A stretch of DNA of 64,000 bases from an uncultured Gammaproteobacteria bacterium (GCA_963773065.1 CAVYZN010000005.1:32001-96000); one strand, 5' to 3'. Shown: positions 1-12,306, counted from the first letter of the stretch. The notes: generated by a model not told the origin, from the sequence alone. Translations and numbers: made by a program.

Positions 1-80
1 GATCAACACCGCGCCACTGGAATCACTAGCCCGCATTTCAGTCTGATCTCTTGAGGACCGGCCGATGCTTCGTACCGACC

Positions 81-1998
81 TCAGTCTGACTGTTGTTCGG
101 GTATGATGATCGTCGCGCGCTTCTTCAGTTCATTGGTGAACGCGGCCACTTCCGCGTCGCCCTGAATCCGGCTCAGTTCCTGTCTGGCCTTCATCTGATC
201 GGCTTCCGACAGGCTGGAAATATCACCATCCTTGATTTCATCCAGCACCAGCAGGACATAGTCGCCCGAATCAAGGACGAAACCGGCCGTGGAGGCTTCC
301 CTGTCCGTCACCGATGGCAGCAGGAAGGCCTCGGTGATGATGGTCTTTGCGGGCTCCGCGGCATTCCGGCCGAGCAATCCTGGTGACTTGACCTCCAGAC
401 CCTGAGCCTTGGCAATCTCGGCCAATGGCGTTCCGGACTTCAGTTCCTTTAGCAAGCCATCGCCATGGGCGCGGGTGAGATCACGCGCCTTCATGGCGCG
501 CACCCCAGCCAGTACCTTATCCCGGACGCTTTCAAGCGGCTGTTTGTTTGCCGCCTCGTGCTCCAGAATGCGCAGCACCATCAGGTGGTTGTCTCCGAGT
601 TCAATCGGCTCGCTGTTGTTTCCGGTTTCGAGGACCTCATCCCGGAATGCGGCACCGACTACCATCTCATTCTGCCCGATACCCGGGCCGCCAGCTCGCG
701 TCAGCCAGTCGCTGGTCTGCACTTCGAGCCCAAGGGCATCAGCCGCGCCCTGGAGTGTATCCGGTTGTTCAAACGCCTTGTTCGCCAGGGTTTCAGATTT
801 CTCGTAGAAAAGATCATTGCGTTCCTGTGCATGATATTCCTTTACGAGTTCATCCCTAACCTCTTCAAACGGCCTGGTGACCTGCGGTTTGATGTCGGTG
901 ACCTCGATGATGTGGAACCCGAACGGTGACCTGATAATGGCGCTGCGCCCGCCCTTCTCAAGCGCGAATGCCGCCGTCTCGAACTCCGGCGTCATCAAAC
1001 CCCGGCCTAAAAAGCCCAGGTCGCCGCCCTTGCCCGCGGAACCCGGATCATCCGATGCTTCCTTGGCCAGCTTTTCAAAGGATTCCCCTTTCTCCAGACG
1101 GGCCAGGATGGACTCGGCCTTGGCGCGGGCTTTCTGCACCGCCTCCTCACCTGCATCGGGTGGCAGGCTGATGAGGATGTGCCGGGCCCGGCGTTCTTCC
1201 GGCGTTACATAGCGTTCCGCGTGCTCATTGTAGAGTGCGCGCAGCGCCTCATCGTCGGCCTCACCGGTAACCTGCAGCTCGTCGGCCTTCAGTTCGATGT
1301 ACTGTATCCTGACCCGTTCGGGTGTCATGAAGTCACTCGCATGGGCCGCGTAATACTGTTCTATATCACTGTCGCTGACTTCCACCCGTGAGGCGAACTG
1401 CGCCACCGGCAATTCGAGATAACTGAAACGACGCTGCTGGGTCTGTAGCCGGTAGATCTTTTCCAGATCCTGACGCGATACCCCTGCCGTCTGCACGATG
1501 CCGTTGATGATCTGGTTGGCCATGAGTTCACGCGACAGGCGCCACTCGAACTCCGCCGGCGCCATCCCCTGCAGCTGCAAAACCTGCCGGTATTTCTCTA
1601 CGGAAAATTTGCCGCTGTCATCCTTGAAGGCCGGCACCGCATTGATCTGCGCGGCGACCATTTGTTTACTGACGGCATAACCATCGGCATCCGCTTGCTG
1701 CAGCAGCAACTGTTCACGGATGATTTCCTGGAGCGCGCTTTTTTTCAGAGCTTGCTCATCGAGCATGGCCGGGTTGATATGCCTCGCCCATGAGGTTCTG
1801 CATGCGGTTACGCATCTGTTGGTAGGCGCGCTGGTATTCGGGAATGGTAATCTCCACGCCATTGACATCTGCCGCGTAGGTTTTCGCATTGCTGGTGAAG
1901 TACGAGTTCAACCCGAAAAAGGCAAATGCAATGAAGAGGGCGCCCAGCAGAAGCCAGCCTACCAAGCCCATGACGCGGTCGCGGATCGCCATTAACAT
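81..1998 (-). CDS. ppiD: PpiD periplasmic chaperone/peptidyl-prolyl isomerase (SurA-N plus parvulin domain), with a +1 frameshift near 1777
   Basis: N-terminal anchor (MLMAIRDRVMG...) in ORF 1756..1998 continues as ...NPAMLDEQALKK... in ORF 81..1889. Rotamase motifs RARHIL, GGDLG and FGFHII. Usual position after hupB. Confidence 0.9.
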
Positions 1999-2041
1999 AG
2001 ATCAATCTCTCGGAACGTTACAGAATAGTCGTTAACAAACT

Positions 2042-2074
2042 AAAAAAGAAAAGGGCACCACTTGGCGCCCTTTC
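2042..2074 (-). terminator. Rho-independent terminator after the tRNA-Val/tRNA-Asp pair
   Basis: Minus strand GAAAGGGCGCCA-AG-TGGTGCCCTTTTC followed by a T run. Confidence 0.75.
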
Positions 2075-2085
2075 TGTTTACCTAT

Positions 2086-2162
2086 TGGCGGAGTGGACGG
2101 GACTCGAACCCGCGACCCCCGGCGTGACAGGCCGGTATTCTAACCAGCTGAACTACCACTCC
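2086..2162 (-). tRNA. tRNA-Asp(GTC)
   Basis: Cloverleaf, anticodon loop CTGTCAC, GTTCGAG T-loop, encoded CCA. Confidence 0.96.
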
Positions 2163-2169
2163 ATGTCCA

Positions 2170-2245
2170 TGGTGGGTGCTGAGGGGATCGAACCCCCGAC
2201 ATTCGCCTTGTAAGGGCGACGCTCTCCCATCTGAGCTAAGCACCC
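2170..2245 (-). tRNA. tRNA-Val(TAC)
   Basis: Anticodon loop CTTACAA, GTTCGAT T-loop, encoded CCA. Confidence 0.96.
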
Positions 2246-2254
2246 GAAGGCGCG

Positions 2255-2527
2255 TTAGTTTACGGCATCCTTCAAGGCTTTTCCAGCCTTGAATCCCGGG
2301 GTCTTCGATGCCTTGATATTGATTGTTTCGCCGGTTTGCGGGTTGCGTCCGGTGCGGGCGGCGCGTTCCCGGACCGAAAAAGTTCCGAAACCGACGATGG
2401 CTACCTGATCCCCATTGCGCAGCGCCTTGCTGATGCTGTCCAGTACGGCATCGGTTACGCGTGTAGCATCCGCCTTGGATAAATCCGCTTCACTGGCAAC
2501 GGCTTCAATCAATTCAGATTTATTCAT
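2255..2527 (-). CDS. hupB: DNA-binding protein HU-beta
   Basis: [11 protein letters not shown]...GFGTF...RTGRNPQTG...GKALKDAVN, 90 aa, downstream of lon. Confidence 0.96.
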   Translation of the reverse strand: MNKSELIEAVASEADLSKADATRVTDAVLDSISKALRNGDQVAIVGFGTFSVRERAARTGRNPQTGETINIKASKTPGFKAGKALKDAVN

Positions 2528-2649
2528 ATCTTGGTCCTCAAGAATTGGTTTTATAGTTAACAGCACGATCAATCATGAATGCAGTGAGTATCAGTACCTG
2601 GAATACCAAGTGATACGAGCGCGCGTATTAAAGCATAGATAGACGACAC

Positions 2650-2690
2650 AAAAAACCGCCGGCTGGTCAACGCTACCAGTCCGGCGGGTT
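2650..2690 (-). terminator. Probable terminator downstream of lon
   Basis: Imperfect GC-rich inverted repeat followed by T6 on the minus strand. Confidence 0.55.
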
Positions 2691-2710
2691 ATTCTATCAG
2701 TCAGGAAAGA

Positions 2711-5149
2711 TTAATGTGCCCGTATGGGTTTGTTCTTGCCGGCTACCTTTTCTTTTTCCTTTTCCTTGACAGCCTTTCGTTCCTCCCCCTTGGCGGCGTC
2801 CTCCGTCAACGGTACCGGATGATGCTGCAAGGCAACCTGCAGAACTTCGTCGATCCATTTCAACGGACGTATATCCAGTTTGTCCTTTACATTCTTCGGG
2901 ATGTCGGCGAGGTCCTTGCGGTTTTCTTCCGGAATCAGAACGATGGAAATACCGCCACGATGCGCCGCCAGCAGTTTCTCCTTCAGTCCGCCAATCGGCA
3001 AAACTTCGCCCCGCAACGTGATTTCACCGGTCATGGCAACATCGGCACGCACCGGTATGTTCGTCAGAGATGAAACCAGTGCCGTGCACATCCCCACACC
3101 CGCACTTGGCCCATCCTTTGGTGTCGCGCCCTCCGGCACATGGATGTGGATGTCGTACTTCTGGTGGAAATCCGGGTCGATTCCCAGCAAGGCCGCGCGG
3201 CTGCGCACGACGGTTGTCGCCGCCTGGATGGATTCCTGCATCACCTCGCCGAGCTGACCGGTATGGATCATCTTGCCCTTGCCTGGGACTATGGCCGACT
3301 CAATCGTCAGCAATTCACCACCGACCTCGGTCCAGGCAAGTCCGGTTACCTGCCCGACCTGATCACGTTCTTCCGCACGGCCATAGCGGAAACGCTTGAC
3401 GCCAAGGTATCTGTCAATGTTCCGCGGTGTGACCGTGAGCTTCTGGTCATGTTGTTTCATGACCAGTTCCTTGACCACCTTGCGGCAGATCTTGGAAATC
3501 TCCCGCTCGAGATTACGCACGCCTGCTTCCCGTGTGTAGTAGCGGATGATGTCGCGAATGGCATTCTCGCTGATCAGCAGTTCATCCTCCTTGAGTCCAT
3601 TGCTCCTGATCTGTTTGGGCAGCAGGTAACGCATGGCGATATTGATTTTCTCATCTTCGGTATAGCCGGGAATCCGGATGACCTCCATGCGATCCAGCAA
3701 GGGTCCGGGGATATTCATGGTGTTTGCCGTGGCCACGAACATCACGTCCGAAAGATCGAAGTCGACTTCCAGGTAATGATCATTAAAGGCGTGATTCTGC
3801 TCGGGGTCCAGGACCTCCAGCAATGCCGATGACGGATCACCGCGGAAGTCCATGGACATCTTGTCCAGTTCATCCAGCAGGAACAGCGGGTTGCGCACAC
3901 CGACCTTGGAGAGATTCTGCACGATCTTGCCCGGCAGCGAACCGATGTAGGTACGGCGATGACCGCGGATTTCGGCCTCGTCCCGAACGCCGCCAAGCGA
4001 CATGCGGGTGAATTTGCGGTTGGTGGCGCGGGCAATGGAACGTCCCAGCGAGGTCTTGCCGACACCGGGCGGTCCCACGAGACAGAGTATCGGACCCTTC
4101 AGCTTCTTGACGCGCTGCTGAACGGCCAGATACTCGAGGATCCTTTCCTTGACCTTCTCCAGACCATAGTGATCTTCCTCGAGTACGGCTTCGGCTGTCG
4201 CGAGATCATGGCGGATCTTGGAGCGCTTTTTCCATGGTACGCTGACCAGCCAGTCGATATAGTTCCTGACCACGGTGGCCTCGGCGGACATCGGCGACAT
4301 CATCTTCAGTTTATTCAGCTCCGATGATGCCTTGTCCTTGGCTTCCTTGCTCATGCCGGCCTTCTCGATCTTGTGCTGGAGCTCCTCCAGTTCGTTGGGG
4401 GCATCCTCCATTTCACCCAGTTCCTTCTGGATGGCTTTCATCTGCTCATTCAGATAGTACTCGCGCTGGCTCTTCTCCATCTGCTGCTTGACGCGGCCGC
4501 GGATCCGCTTCTCTATCTGCATGATGTCGATTTCGCCCTCGATCAGCCCCATCAGGCGTTCCAGACGTTCACGGCTGCTTTCAATCTCGAGTATCCGCTG
4601 CTTTTCATCCAGCTTCAGCGACATATGCGCCGCGATGGTATCCGCGAGGCGGCCGGGTTCGTCGATACCCGACAAGGATGTGAGAATCTCGGGCGGGACC
4701 TTCTTGTTCAGCTTTACATACTGGTCGAACATCGCCAGCAAGGAACGCGTGAGCACGCCAAGCTCCTTTTCCTTGTCTTCATCCGATGAGGCAAGAATCT
4801 GGATGTTGGCGGTAAAGAATGCCTCCACGGATTCAAAGGATGTGATGCGCGCACGCTCCACGCCCTCCACCAGCACCTTCACCGTGCCATCGGGCAGTTT
4901 CAGTAACTGAAGAATCGTGGACAATGTGCCTATTTCATGGATGTCATCGACCGAAGGGTCGTCAATCTCGGCGTTTTTCTGGGCGACCAGCAATATCTTC
5001 TTGTCTTCCTGCATGGCGGTGTCGAGCGCATTGATCGATTTCTCCCGTCCCACAAAAAGCGGGATGACCATGTGCGGATAGACGACAACGTCCCTTAACG
5101 GCAAGACTGGTATTGCACCCGTGGCGGTATCTGTCATTTCAGTCTCCAT
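2711..5149 (-). CDS. lon: ATP-dependent protease La
   Basis: [10 protein letters not shown]-terminus, Walker A GPPGVGKT, catalytic PKDGPSAG. Confidence 0.98.
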   Translation of the reverse strand: METEMTDTATGAIPVLPLRDVVVYPHMVIPLFVGREKSINALDTAMQEDKKILLVAQKNAEIDDPSVDDIHEIGTLSTILQLLKLPDGTVKVLVEGVERARITSFESVEAFFTANIQILASSDEDKEKELGVLTRSLLAMFDQYVKLNKKVPPEILTSLSGIDEPGRLADTIAAHMSLKLDEKQRILEIESSRERLERLMGLIEGEIDIMQIEKRIRGRVKQQMEKSQREYYLNEQMKAIQKELGEMEDAPNELEELQHKIEKAGMSKEAKDKASSELNKLKMMSPMSAEATVVRNYIDWLVSVPWKKRSKIRHDLATAEAVLEEDHYGLEKVKERILEYLAVQQRVKKLKGPILCLVGPPGVGKTSLGRSIARATNRKFTRMSLGGVRDEAEIRGHRRTYIGSLPGKIVQNLSKVGVRNPLFLLDELDKMSMDFRGDPSSALLEVLDPEQNHAFNDHYLEVDFDLSDVMFVATANTMNIPGPLLDRMEVIRIPGYTEDEKINIAMRYLLPKQIRSNGLKEDELLISENAIRDIIRYYTREAGVRNLEREISKICRKVVKELVMKQHDQKLTVTPRNIDRYLGVKRFRYGRAEERDQVGQVTGLAWTEVGGELLTIESAIVPGKGKMIHTGQLGEVMQESIQAATTVVRSRAALLGIDPDFHQKYDIHIHVPEGATPKDGPSAGVGMCTALVSSLTNIPVRADVAMTGEITLRGEVLPIGGLKEKLLAAHRGGISIVLIPEENRKDLADIPKNVKDKLDIRPLKWIDEVLQVALQHHPVPLTEDAAKGEERKAVKEKEKEKVAGKNKPIRAH

Positions 5150-5282
5150 CCATTCCTGTTGAATGTGTAATTACCAGGTACATCAGCGATTTTACGTCAG
5201 AAATTCGTAACGCCAATCCTCCAAGCCCAGGTGCCTTGCCTGTCGGTATGCGGTATGACATTAGTATTGCTCAATTGATCCA

Positions 5283-5311
5283 ATATGGGGGGCCGATTGC
5301 AATACTTCAAC
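5283..5311 (-). promoter_or_regulatory. Sigma32 (RpoH)-type promoter of lon
   Basis: GTTGAA-N15-CCCCATAT on the minus strand matches the CTTGAA/CCCCATNT consensus. lon is a classic RpoH target. Confidence 0.75.
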
Positions 5312-5416
5312 CATTCAATTTTGACGTGTGATTATTAATAGGCAATGAGCGTGCCAGCCTGGCGGCTGGACGACATGAAAATATCAACTTACTGGTTTAT
5401 ATAGGAAATAGACAAA

Positions 5417-6688
5417 CTACTCGGAAACTGCCAGCGATTCCGAAGCGTCAAAAATCATGTACGGTTTTGATATACCCTGGATAACACTATCATCGATGAC
5501 CACTTTCCTGACGTTTTCCATCGAGGGCAAGTCATACATCGTATCGAGCAGCACTTGCTCGAGGATGGTGCGCAGACCCCGGGCACCGGTTTTCCTGACC
5601 ATGGCCTTGCGTGCAACGGAGCGCAGCGCGTCATCTCTGAACTCGAGTTCGCAGCCCTCCATTTGAAACAGTTTTGCATACTGTTTGGTCAGGGCATTCT
5701 TCGGTTCGGTCAGAATCTGAATGAGCGCCTGTTCATCGAGTTCCTCCAGTGTGGCCACCACCGGCAATCGGCCGACAAATTCCGGGATGAGGCCGTATTT
5801 GATCAGATCTTCCGGTTCCACGTCATAGAGTATCTCACCCAGGTTAATATTCAGATCCTTGCTCTTAACCTCGGCAGCGAAGCCAATGCCGCCTTTCTCC
5901 GAACGGCTGCGGATGATCTTTTCCAGCCCGGAAAATGCACCCCCGACGATAAAGAGTATGTTCGTGGTATCCACCTGCAAAAATTCCTGTTGCGGATGCT
6001 TGCGACCGCCTTGCGGGGGGACCGAGGCAATCGTGCCCTCGATCAGTTTGAGCAGCGCCTGTTGCACGCCTTCACCGGATACGTCGCGGGTGATGGAGGG
6101 GTTGTCCGACTTGCGTGAAATCTTGTCGATTTCATCGATATAGACAATGCCGGTTTGTGCCTTGTCAACATCGTAGTCACATTTTTGCAGGAGTTTCTGG
6201 ATGATGTTCTCGACATCCTCACCGACATAACCGGCTTCCGTCAGGGTGGTGGCATCCGCTATGGTGAACGGGACATTCAGCAGCCGTGCCAGGGTCTCGG
6301 CAAGCAGAGTCTTGCCTGAGCCGGTTGGCCCTATGAGCAGAATATTGCTTTTGGAAAGCTCAACGCCGTCCTTCTTGCTTGCGGCGTCGAGACGCTTGTA
6401 GTGGTTGTAGACGGCAACGGAGAGCACCTTCTTGGCACGCTCCTGCCCGATGACATATTCGTTGAGGACGTCATTGATTTCCTGTGGCTTAGGCAGCTTG
6501 TTTCCACCGCCGGAGGATTTCTCCTGCATTTCCTCACGAATAATGTCGTTACACAGTTCGACACACTCGTCACAGACGAAAACCGAGGGTCCAGCGATTA
6601 GTTTACGTACTTCATGTTGGCTTTTGCCGCAGAAGGAGCAGTAGAGGAGCTTTCCATCATCGCCCTTACCGTCTCTGTCGTTGTTCAT
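5417..6688 (-). CDS. clpX: Clp protease ATP-binding subunit ClpX
   Basis: Zinc finger [17 protein letters not shown] loop. Confidence 0.98.
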   Translation of the reverse strand: MNNDRDGKGDDGKLLYCSFCGKSQHEVRKLIAGPSVFVCDECVELCNDIIREEMQEKSSGGGNKLPKPQEINDVLNEYVIGQERAKKVLSVAVYNHYKRLDAASKKDGVELSKSNILLIGPTGSGKTLLAETLARLLNVPFTIADATTLTEAGYVGEDVENIIQKLLQKCDYDVDKAQTGIVYIDEIDKISRKSDNPSITRDVSGEGVQQALLKLIEGTIASVPPQGGRKHPQQEFLQVDTTNILFIVGGAFSGLEKIIRSRSEKGGIGFAAEVKSKDLNINLGEILYDVEPEDLIKYGLIPEFVGRLPVVATLEELDEQALIQILTEPKNALTKQYAKLFQMEGCELEFRDDALRSVARKAMVRKTGARGLRTILEQVLLDTMYDLPSMENVRKVVIDDSVIQGISKPYMIFDASESLAVSE

Positions 6689-6890
6689 ACTCAAACCCTC
6701 ACATTTATCACCTAGGCCCTGCTACCTGTTTTTTAACACTCTTCTTCATTATGAATCAACTCATTCTACGTCTTATTGTAGATGTATTACCGGCGGATAT
6801 TCAGGTTTTTCCTCACGGTAAACTTATCACAGGTTGCCGTTGTAACGTTGTACGACGTTCGGTTGCAGGATCTTCCCGTTACGGCCAGGG

Positions 6891-7529
6891 CTATTGCGGC
6901 GCCTGGCGAACCGCCAGTATTTCATCGATCAGGCCGTATTCCTTGGCTTCCTTGGCTCCCATGAAGTTGTCCCGCTCGGTGTCCTGCCTGATCTTTTCCA
7001 GTGTCTGTCCGGTGTGCTTGGATAGGATCATGTTGAGTTTCTCACGAATCAGCAGGATTTCCCGCGCGTGGATGTCAATATCCGTTGCCTGGCCCTGGAA
7101 TCCGCCAAGCGGCTGATGAATCATCATGCGCGAATGCGGCAGACATACCCGTTTACCCTTGGCCCCGCCCGCCAGCAATAAGGCGCCCATGCTGGCGGCC
7201 TGACCGACACACATGGTGCTGACCGCTGGTTTGACAAATTGCATGGTGTCGTAGATTGCCAACCCGGCCGTTACCGAACCGCCCGGGGAATTGATGTAGA
7301 GGTGGATATCCTTGTCCGGGTTTTCCGATTCCAAGAACAGCAGCTGGGCAACGACGACATTGGCCATGTAATCCTCCACCGGCCCCACCACAAACACTAC
7401 CCGTTCCTTGAGCAGCCGTGAGTAAATGTCGTAGGCCCGTTCACCGCGTGCGGTCTGCTCTATGACGATCGGTACAAGATTCAATGCCCTGGTATCGGAT
7501 GCGCCACCCATGAATTTGCTATCGGTCAT
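6891..7529 (-). CDS. clpP: Clp protease proteolytic subunit
   Basis: [29 protein letters not shown]. Confidence 0.98.
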   Translation of the reverse strand: MTDSKFMGGASDTRALNLVPIVIEQTARGERAYDIYSRLLKERVVFVVGPVEDYMANVVVAQLLFLESENPDKDIHLYINSPGGSVTAGLAIYDTMQFVKPAVSTMCVGQAASMGALLLAGGAKGKRVCLPHSRMMIHQPLGGFQGQATDIDIHAREILLIREKLNMILSKHTGQTLEKIRQDTERDNFMGAKEAKEYGLIDEILAVRQAPQ

Positions 7530-7535
7530 CGATTC

Positions 7536-8825
7536 TTATCCTTTAGTTTGCTTGGCTGCTTCGACTAAGGCGTCAAATGTTGTCGGTGTATTCGCCACCT
7601 GGATACCTGAATACTCCAGCATCCAGTCGACCACCTGTTCTTCTATGACGGCTGACTGGACATTGCTCAGCATCTCCTGGTTGCCATAGTACCATTGAAC
7701 CACTTCCTCGGGCTTTTCATAGGAGGCGGCAATGGTTTCGATAGTTTCGCGCACCCGGTCAGGATCGATCTGGATCCGGTTCTGCTTGACGATCGCGGTG
7801 ACTAACACCCCCAGTTTGACCCGGCGTTCGGCATTTGCCTGTAGCTCGAAGCTATTTGCAGTCTGTGTCGTTTGTTGTGCCCGCAGACGGGCCGTCTCAT
7901 CATCTATCAGGCTGCGTGGAACATCGACCGGGTTCCTCTCAAGCAGCCCCGAAAAAACCTGGTCTTTCACATTGGACTTGATGAGCTGTTTCAGCTCTCT
8001 CTGCATGTTGGCGGTAACCTCTTCCTTGAGACCCGCAAGCCCCTTTTCCGCGACTCCGAAGGCGCGCGCAAACTCGTCATCGAGTTCCGGCAAGACCATT
8101 TCCGATACCGTGTGAAGTTTGACCCTGAACTCGGCATCCTTGCCTGCAACCTCCCGGGAAGGATAGTCAGCGGGAAATGTCACCCGCAACGTTTTTTCAT
8201 CGCCGGCACCTGCCCCGATAAGCTGCTCTTCAAAACCACGCATCATAGTGTTTGATCCTATGACAACCGGCATTTTCTCAGCGTTACTTCCTGGGAAGGC
8301 ATTGCCCGCAATGGTTCCTTTAAAATCGATAACAATCTGGTCATCGGTTTGCGCCTTGCGATCCACCGTCTTCCAGGTAACCCGTTGTTTGCGCAACTTC
8401 TCCAACATGGCCGTAACATCCGCTTCGCCAATCTCGACGACGGGGCGGAAGATCTTAAATCCGTAATCTATCGGGGCCGCCAGTTCCGGAAATACCTCAA
8501 AGGTTGCCACGTATTCCAGCGGCTCTCCCGGGAGCGATTCCACGGGGTCGATTTTCGGCGCGGCGGCAGGTCGCAGACTCTCCTGTGTCAGCGCTTCCTG
8601 CAATGTTGCGCCGATGACCCGTTGTACTACCTCCTGACGCACCTGTTTACCGTATTTTTTCTCAATGACACTGAGCGGTACCTTGCCGGGGCGGAATCCG
8701 TCAAGCCGGACGGTACCTTTCATTGACTGGAGCCGGGAATCAACCTCGTGGTCGATACGCTCGGCAGGCACATGAACCGTCATGCGACGTTCGAGTCCGC
8801 CCCTCTTTTCAACCGAAACTTGCAT
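7536..8825 (-). CDS. tig: Trigger factor
   Basis: GFRPGKVP ribosome-binding motif, FKBP-like domain, tig-clpP-clpX-lon order. Confidence 0.97.
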   Translation of the reverse strand: MQVSVEKRGGLERRMTVHVPAERIDHEVDSRLQSMKGTVRLDGFRPGKVPLSVIEKKYGKQVRQEVVQRVIGATLQEALTQESLRPAAAPKIDPVESLPGEPLEYVATFEVFPELAAPIDYGFKIFRPVVEIGEADVTAMLEKLRKQRVTWKTVDRKAQTDDQIVIDFKGTIAGNAFPGSNAEKMPVVIGSNTMMRGFEEQLIGAGAGDEKTLRVTFPADYPSREVAGKDAEFRVKLHTVSEMVLPELDDEFARAFGVAEKGLAGLKEEVTANMQRELKQLIKSNVKDQVFSGLLERNPVDVPRSLIDDETARLRAQQTTQTANSFELQANAERRVKLGVLVTAIVKQNRIQIDPDRVRETIETIAASYEKPEEVVQWYYGNQEMLSNVQSAVIEEQVVDWMLEYSGIQVANTPTTFDALVEAAKQTKG

Positions 8826-8917
8826 CAAATCACCTCGATAAATAATAACCCGTCATCCGGCCTGGCTTTATGACGATAAGCAACTGTAATAATATCGCTG
8901 TTCTTTGTTACCTGGAT

Positions 8918-9002
8918 TGGTGCGAAAGGAGAGGCTCGAACTCTCACGGGTTACCCCACTGGCACCTAAAACCAGCGCGTCTACCGATTCCGCCACTTTC
9001 GC
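8918..9002 (-). tRNA. tRNA-Leu(TAG)
   Basis: 85 nt, long variable arm, anticodon loop TTTAGGT, CCA end. Confidence 0.95.
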
Positions 9003-9130
9003 CGCTTGTGCTAATTACCGTTTGCCGGTTCTGGCAAGACCGGATAATGCAAATAAGTATAACGGCTTGTCGTCACAGATCGCACCTGGGTTTTTTACCT
9101 CGCCGCCCCGGGAAAACAGGTGCCATGGCA

Positions 9131-9493
9131 GGCGCATCGCTCTCGCTCCGCCGCTTACGGCATCCTCGGTAACTGCTCCTGCGTTACCCTACCTCCTGCA
9201 TCCCTGCAGTCGTGCCTTCCGCGACACTTGCACCTCCCTGTGCATCGGTCGCTACGGGCATACTACCCTCCCGCGACACTCGCACATCCCTGTGCATCGT
9301 CCCTGCGCTTCGCGATGATGGACAGGACGTCCGAATGTCGCGGAGCATAGGACGTGCGAGAGCGACTGTACCTACATCCCTGTGGGCGCATCGCTCCCGC
9401 GCTTCCCTGCGCTCCGCGATGTACCTACATCCCTTACGGCGCATCGCTCCCGCGCCTCCCTGCGCTTCGCGATGTACCTACATCCCTGTAGGC
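9131..9493. repeat. Cluster of nested and tandem ~50-bp palindromic (REP-like) elements, including a 53-bp tandem repeat starting at 9367, 9420 and 9473
   Basis: Recurring hairpins with (A/C/T)TCCCT loops, e.g. CCTAC-ATCCCT-GTAGG, GCAC-ATCCCT-GTGC, GCGC-TTCCCT-GCGC. TGTACCTACATCCC recurs every 53 bp. Confidence 0.85.
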
Positions 9494-9522
9494 AAAAAAA
9501 TGCCCGCGCAATGCACAGGCAT
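9494..9522 (-). terminator. Rho-independent terminator after the tRNA Pro-Arg-His-Lys cluster
   Basis: ATGCCTGTGC-ATT-GCGCGGGCAT followed by a T run on the minus strand. Confidence 0.7.
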
Positions 9523-9529
9523 CCTGGTC

Positions 9530-9605
9530 TGGTGGGCCGTGTAGGAATCGAACCTACAACCAATGGATTAAGAGTCCACTGCTCTACCAATTGAGCTAAC
9601 GACCC
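9530..9605 (-). tRNA. tRNA-Lys(CTT)
   Basis: Anticodon loop CTCTTAA, CCA end. Confidence 0.95.
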
Positions 9606-9687
9606 GAAAGCCGGTATTGGATCACACAGGCAGGAGGGGTTCAAGTTTGAAGTCGGCTACCACCCAGCGTGGGCAAGGACGGAAAAA

Positions 9688-9764
9688 TGGGGTGGACGAT
9701 GGGACTCGAACCCACGACGACTGGAATCACAATCCAGGACTCTACCAACTGAGCTACGTCCACC
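9688..9764 (-). tRNA. tRNA-His(GTG)
   Basis: Anticodon loop ATTGTGA, G-1, CCA end. Confidence 0.95.
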
Positions 9765-9807
9765 ATCGAGCTGTTATCGCACGGCACTCACTCGGCACGG
9801 GCTGATT

Positions 9808-9884
9808 TGGCGCGCCCGGCAGGGCTCGAACCTGCAACCGTCGGCTTAGAAGGCCGGTGCTCTATCCGGTTGAGCTACGGGCGC
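9808..9884 (-). tRNA. tRNA-Arg(TCT)
   Basis: Anticodon loop CTTCTAA, CCA end. Confidence 0.95.
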
Positions 9885-9931
9885 CAGTCCCTTTGCCCGG
9901 TCCCCGCGACTTGCTGCGCCCCAGCAAAGAC

Positions 9932-10008
9932 TGGTCGGGGTAGAGGGATTTGAACCCCCGACATCCTGCTCCCAAAGCAGGCGCGCTACCAGACTGCGCT
10001 ATACCCCG
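9932..10008 (-). tRNA. tRNA-Pro(TGG)
   Basis: Anticodon TGG, CGGGGTATAG 5' end, CCA end. Confidence 0.95.
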
Positions 10009-10147
10009 TTGTAACGATGCATACACGAAGCCATGCCGGACCTTATCGTCCTTGCTGAGCGTCGTTATGGTACGTGCAACCCCAATAGGCGTCAATTAGC
10101 GCCTGTGTATGCCGCGCGCGGGCGATGCCCGCGGGAATTCCCGGAGA

Positions 10148-11549
10148 TTATTTGCGGCGCCAGCGGGTGCCCTCCGCCCCGTCTTCGAGTACGATGCCCT
10201 GCGCATCCAGCGCATCCCGGATCCGGTCTGCCTCGGCCCAGTTTCTGGCTTCCCTGGCACGGATACGCTGCGCAACCAGGGCATCAATATCGGTTTCGGT
10301 TAACGCCGCCGCGGCACCCGCGCCGGCATGATGCCTGGAGGAAGGCCGCGGGCTCGGCCTGCAGCAATCCGAGTAGGCCCCCCAGCTCGCGCAGGCAGCC
10401 GGCCAGTGCCGCTGCCCTGTCTGTGTCCGTTTCCCTGTTTCTGTTGATTTCCTTTGCGATTTCAAAAAGTACCGCAAGGGCTTCCGGTGTGTTGAAATCG
10501 TCATTCATGGCCCGGTGAAAACTGTCCGCAAAGTCCCCCCGGGACGACGTTCCCCTGCCGGGCGCAAGGCCGCGCAGCGCCGTGTAGAGGCGCGTCAACG
10601 CCGCCCTGGCGTTATCCAAATTCTCCTGCGAATAATCGAGCGGACTACGGTAGTGGCTGGCAAGGATGAAGTAGCGCACCTCCTCGGCGCGGTAGCGCTG
10701 CAGGATTTCCCTGACCGTGAAGAAATTGCCCAATGACTTGGACATCTTCTCCTCATCCACCTTGACGAAGCCGTTGTGCATCCAGTAATTGACGAATGGT
10801 TCGCCGTTAGCCGCTTCCGACTGGGCAATCTCGTTCTCATGGTGCGGAAACTTGAGATCCATGCCGCCGCCGTGGATATCGAAATGGGCGCCGAGACAAC
10901 CGGTTGACATGGCGGAACACTCGATATGCCAACCCGGCCGGCCATTGCCCCAGGGTGAACTCCAACTGGGTTCTCCCGGCTTGGCCGCCTTCCAGAGCAC
11001 GAAATCAAGCGGATCCTCCTTGGCCTCGTCGACGGCCACCCGCTCGCCGGCGCGTAAATCTTCCAGCTTCTTGCCCGACAAGCGTCCGTAATTCTTGAAA
11101 CGGCTGACGTCGTAATAGACGTCACCGTTGTTACCCGAATAGGCATAACCCTTCTCCATCAGGGTTTTGATCATGACGAGGATTTCATCCATCGATGCGG
11201 TGGCGCGCGGTTCCAAGTCCGGATCCAGTACGCCCAGCGCGGCGGCGTCTTCGTGCATGATGGCGATGAAGCGCGCGGTGAGGTCCTGTATCCGTTCACC
11301 GTTTTCATGGGCGCGCTTGATGATCTTGTCGTCGATATCGGTGATGTTGCGCACATAGGTCACTTCATACCCGAGATGGCGCAGGTAGCGGGTCACGATA
11401 TCAAACACCACCATGACCCGCGCATGACCCAGATGACAGTAGTCATAGACCGTCATACCGCAAACGTACATGCGAACCTTGCCCTCCTCGATGGGGACAA
11501 AGGTTTCCTTGTTGCCGCTCAGGCTGTTGTAGATCTTGATGACTTGCAT
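10148..11549 (-). CDS. cysS: Cysteine--tRNA ligase, with a +1 frameshift near 10330
   Basis: [30 protein letters not shown]. The C-terminal ...[11 protein letters not shown]...WRRK lies in the frame of ORF 10148..10504. Confidence 0.95.
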
Positions 11550-11692
11550 CGAAGTGGACGGCTACGGATTCGGGGACCGATGGGCGCGGCCATGGTAGCG
11601 GAAAGCACGGCGGGAATCATCCCCGCGGGCTTGTAAAGGCGGCCAAAGATTATATGATTGCCCGACTACTGACTGCTAACCGGGAGTATGAA

Positions 11693-12289
11693 ATGAAACG
11701 CGTATCCGCAATGTTCCTGTCCGTCATGCTGGGTTTTATGCCGGCTGCCGGATTTTCATCTGAGAATTCTTCAAAAGGAGTAGGCCTCGTGACCGTTCGC
11801 ATGGAAACTAGCAAAGGGGTAATCACACTGGAACTGGATGGAGACAAGGCGCCGGAGACGGTGGCCAACTTTGTGGCTTACGCCAAATCCGGCTTCTACG
11901 ACGGCACGATTTTCCATCGCGTTATACCCGGCTTCATGATTCAGGGTGGCGGCTTCACCACCGACATGAAGCAGAAGGCGACCCGGTCTTCGGTCAAGAA
12001 CGAAGCCGGCAACGGGCTGAAGAATGCCACCGGTACGATCGCCATGGCCCGCACCAGCGATCCGCATTCGGCCACTGCCCAGTTCTTCATCAATGTCAAG
12101 GATAACGGCTTCCTCGACCATTCCACGCCGACACCGCAAGGCTGGGGCTATTGCGTGTTCGGCAAGGTGACAGATGGCATGGATGTGGTGCATGCCATCG
12201 AACACGTCCAGACCGGTAACCGTGCCGGTTTCCAGGACGTCCCGCTTTCGGAAGTTGTCATCAACAAGGTGACTGTCGAGGGGAATTGA
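11693..12289 (+). CDS. ppiB: Cyclophilin-type peptidyl-prolyl cis-trans isomerase with a signal-like N-terminus
   Basis: [38 protein letters not shown]. Lies between cysS and lpxH. Confidence 0.88.
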   Translation: MKRVSAMFLSVMLGFMPAAGFSSENSSKGVGLVTVRMETSKGVITLELDGDKAPETVANFVAYAKSGFYDGTIFHRVIPGFMIQGGGFTTDMKQKATRSSVKNEAGNGLKNATGTIAMARTSDPHSATAQFFINVKDNGFLDHSTPTPQGWGYCVFGKVTDGMDVVHAIEHVQTGNRAGFQDVPLSEVVINKVTVEGN

Positions 12290-12306
12290 CACGACGCCCT
12301 GGCGAC

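Noticed and set aside
9367-9493. CRISPR array
   Set aside because: The sequences between repeats are nearly identical rather than unique spacers, there are fewer than three full units, and there are no cas genes.
9120-9644. ORFs overlapping the repeat cluster and tRNA-Lys
   Set aside because: Products of GC-rich repeats. They overlap tRNA genes and have no protein-like motifs.
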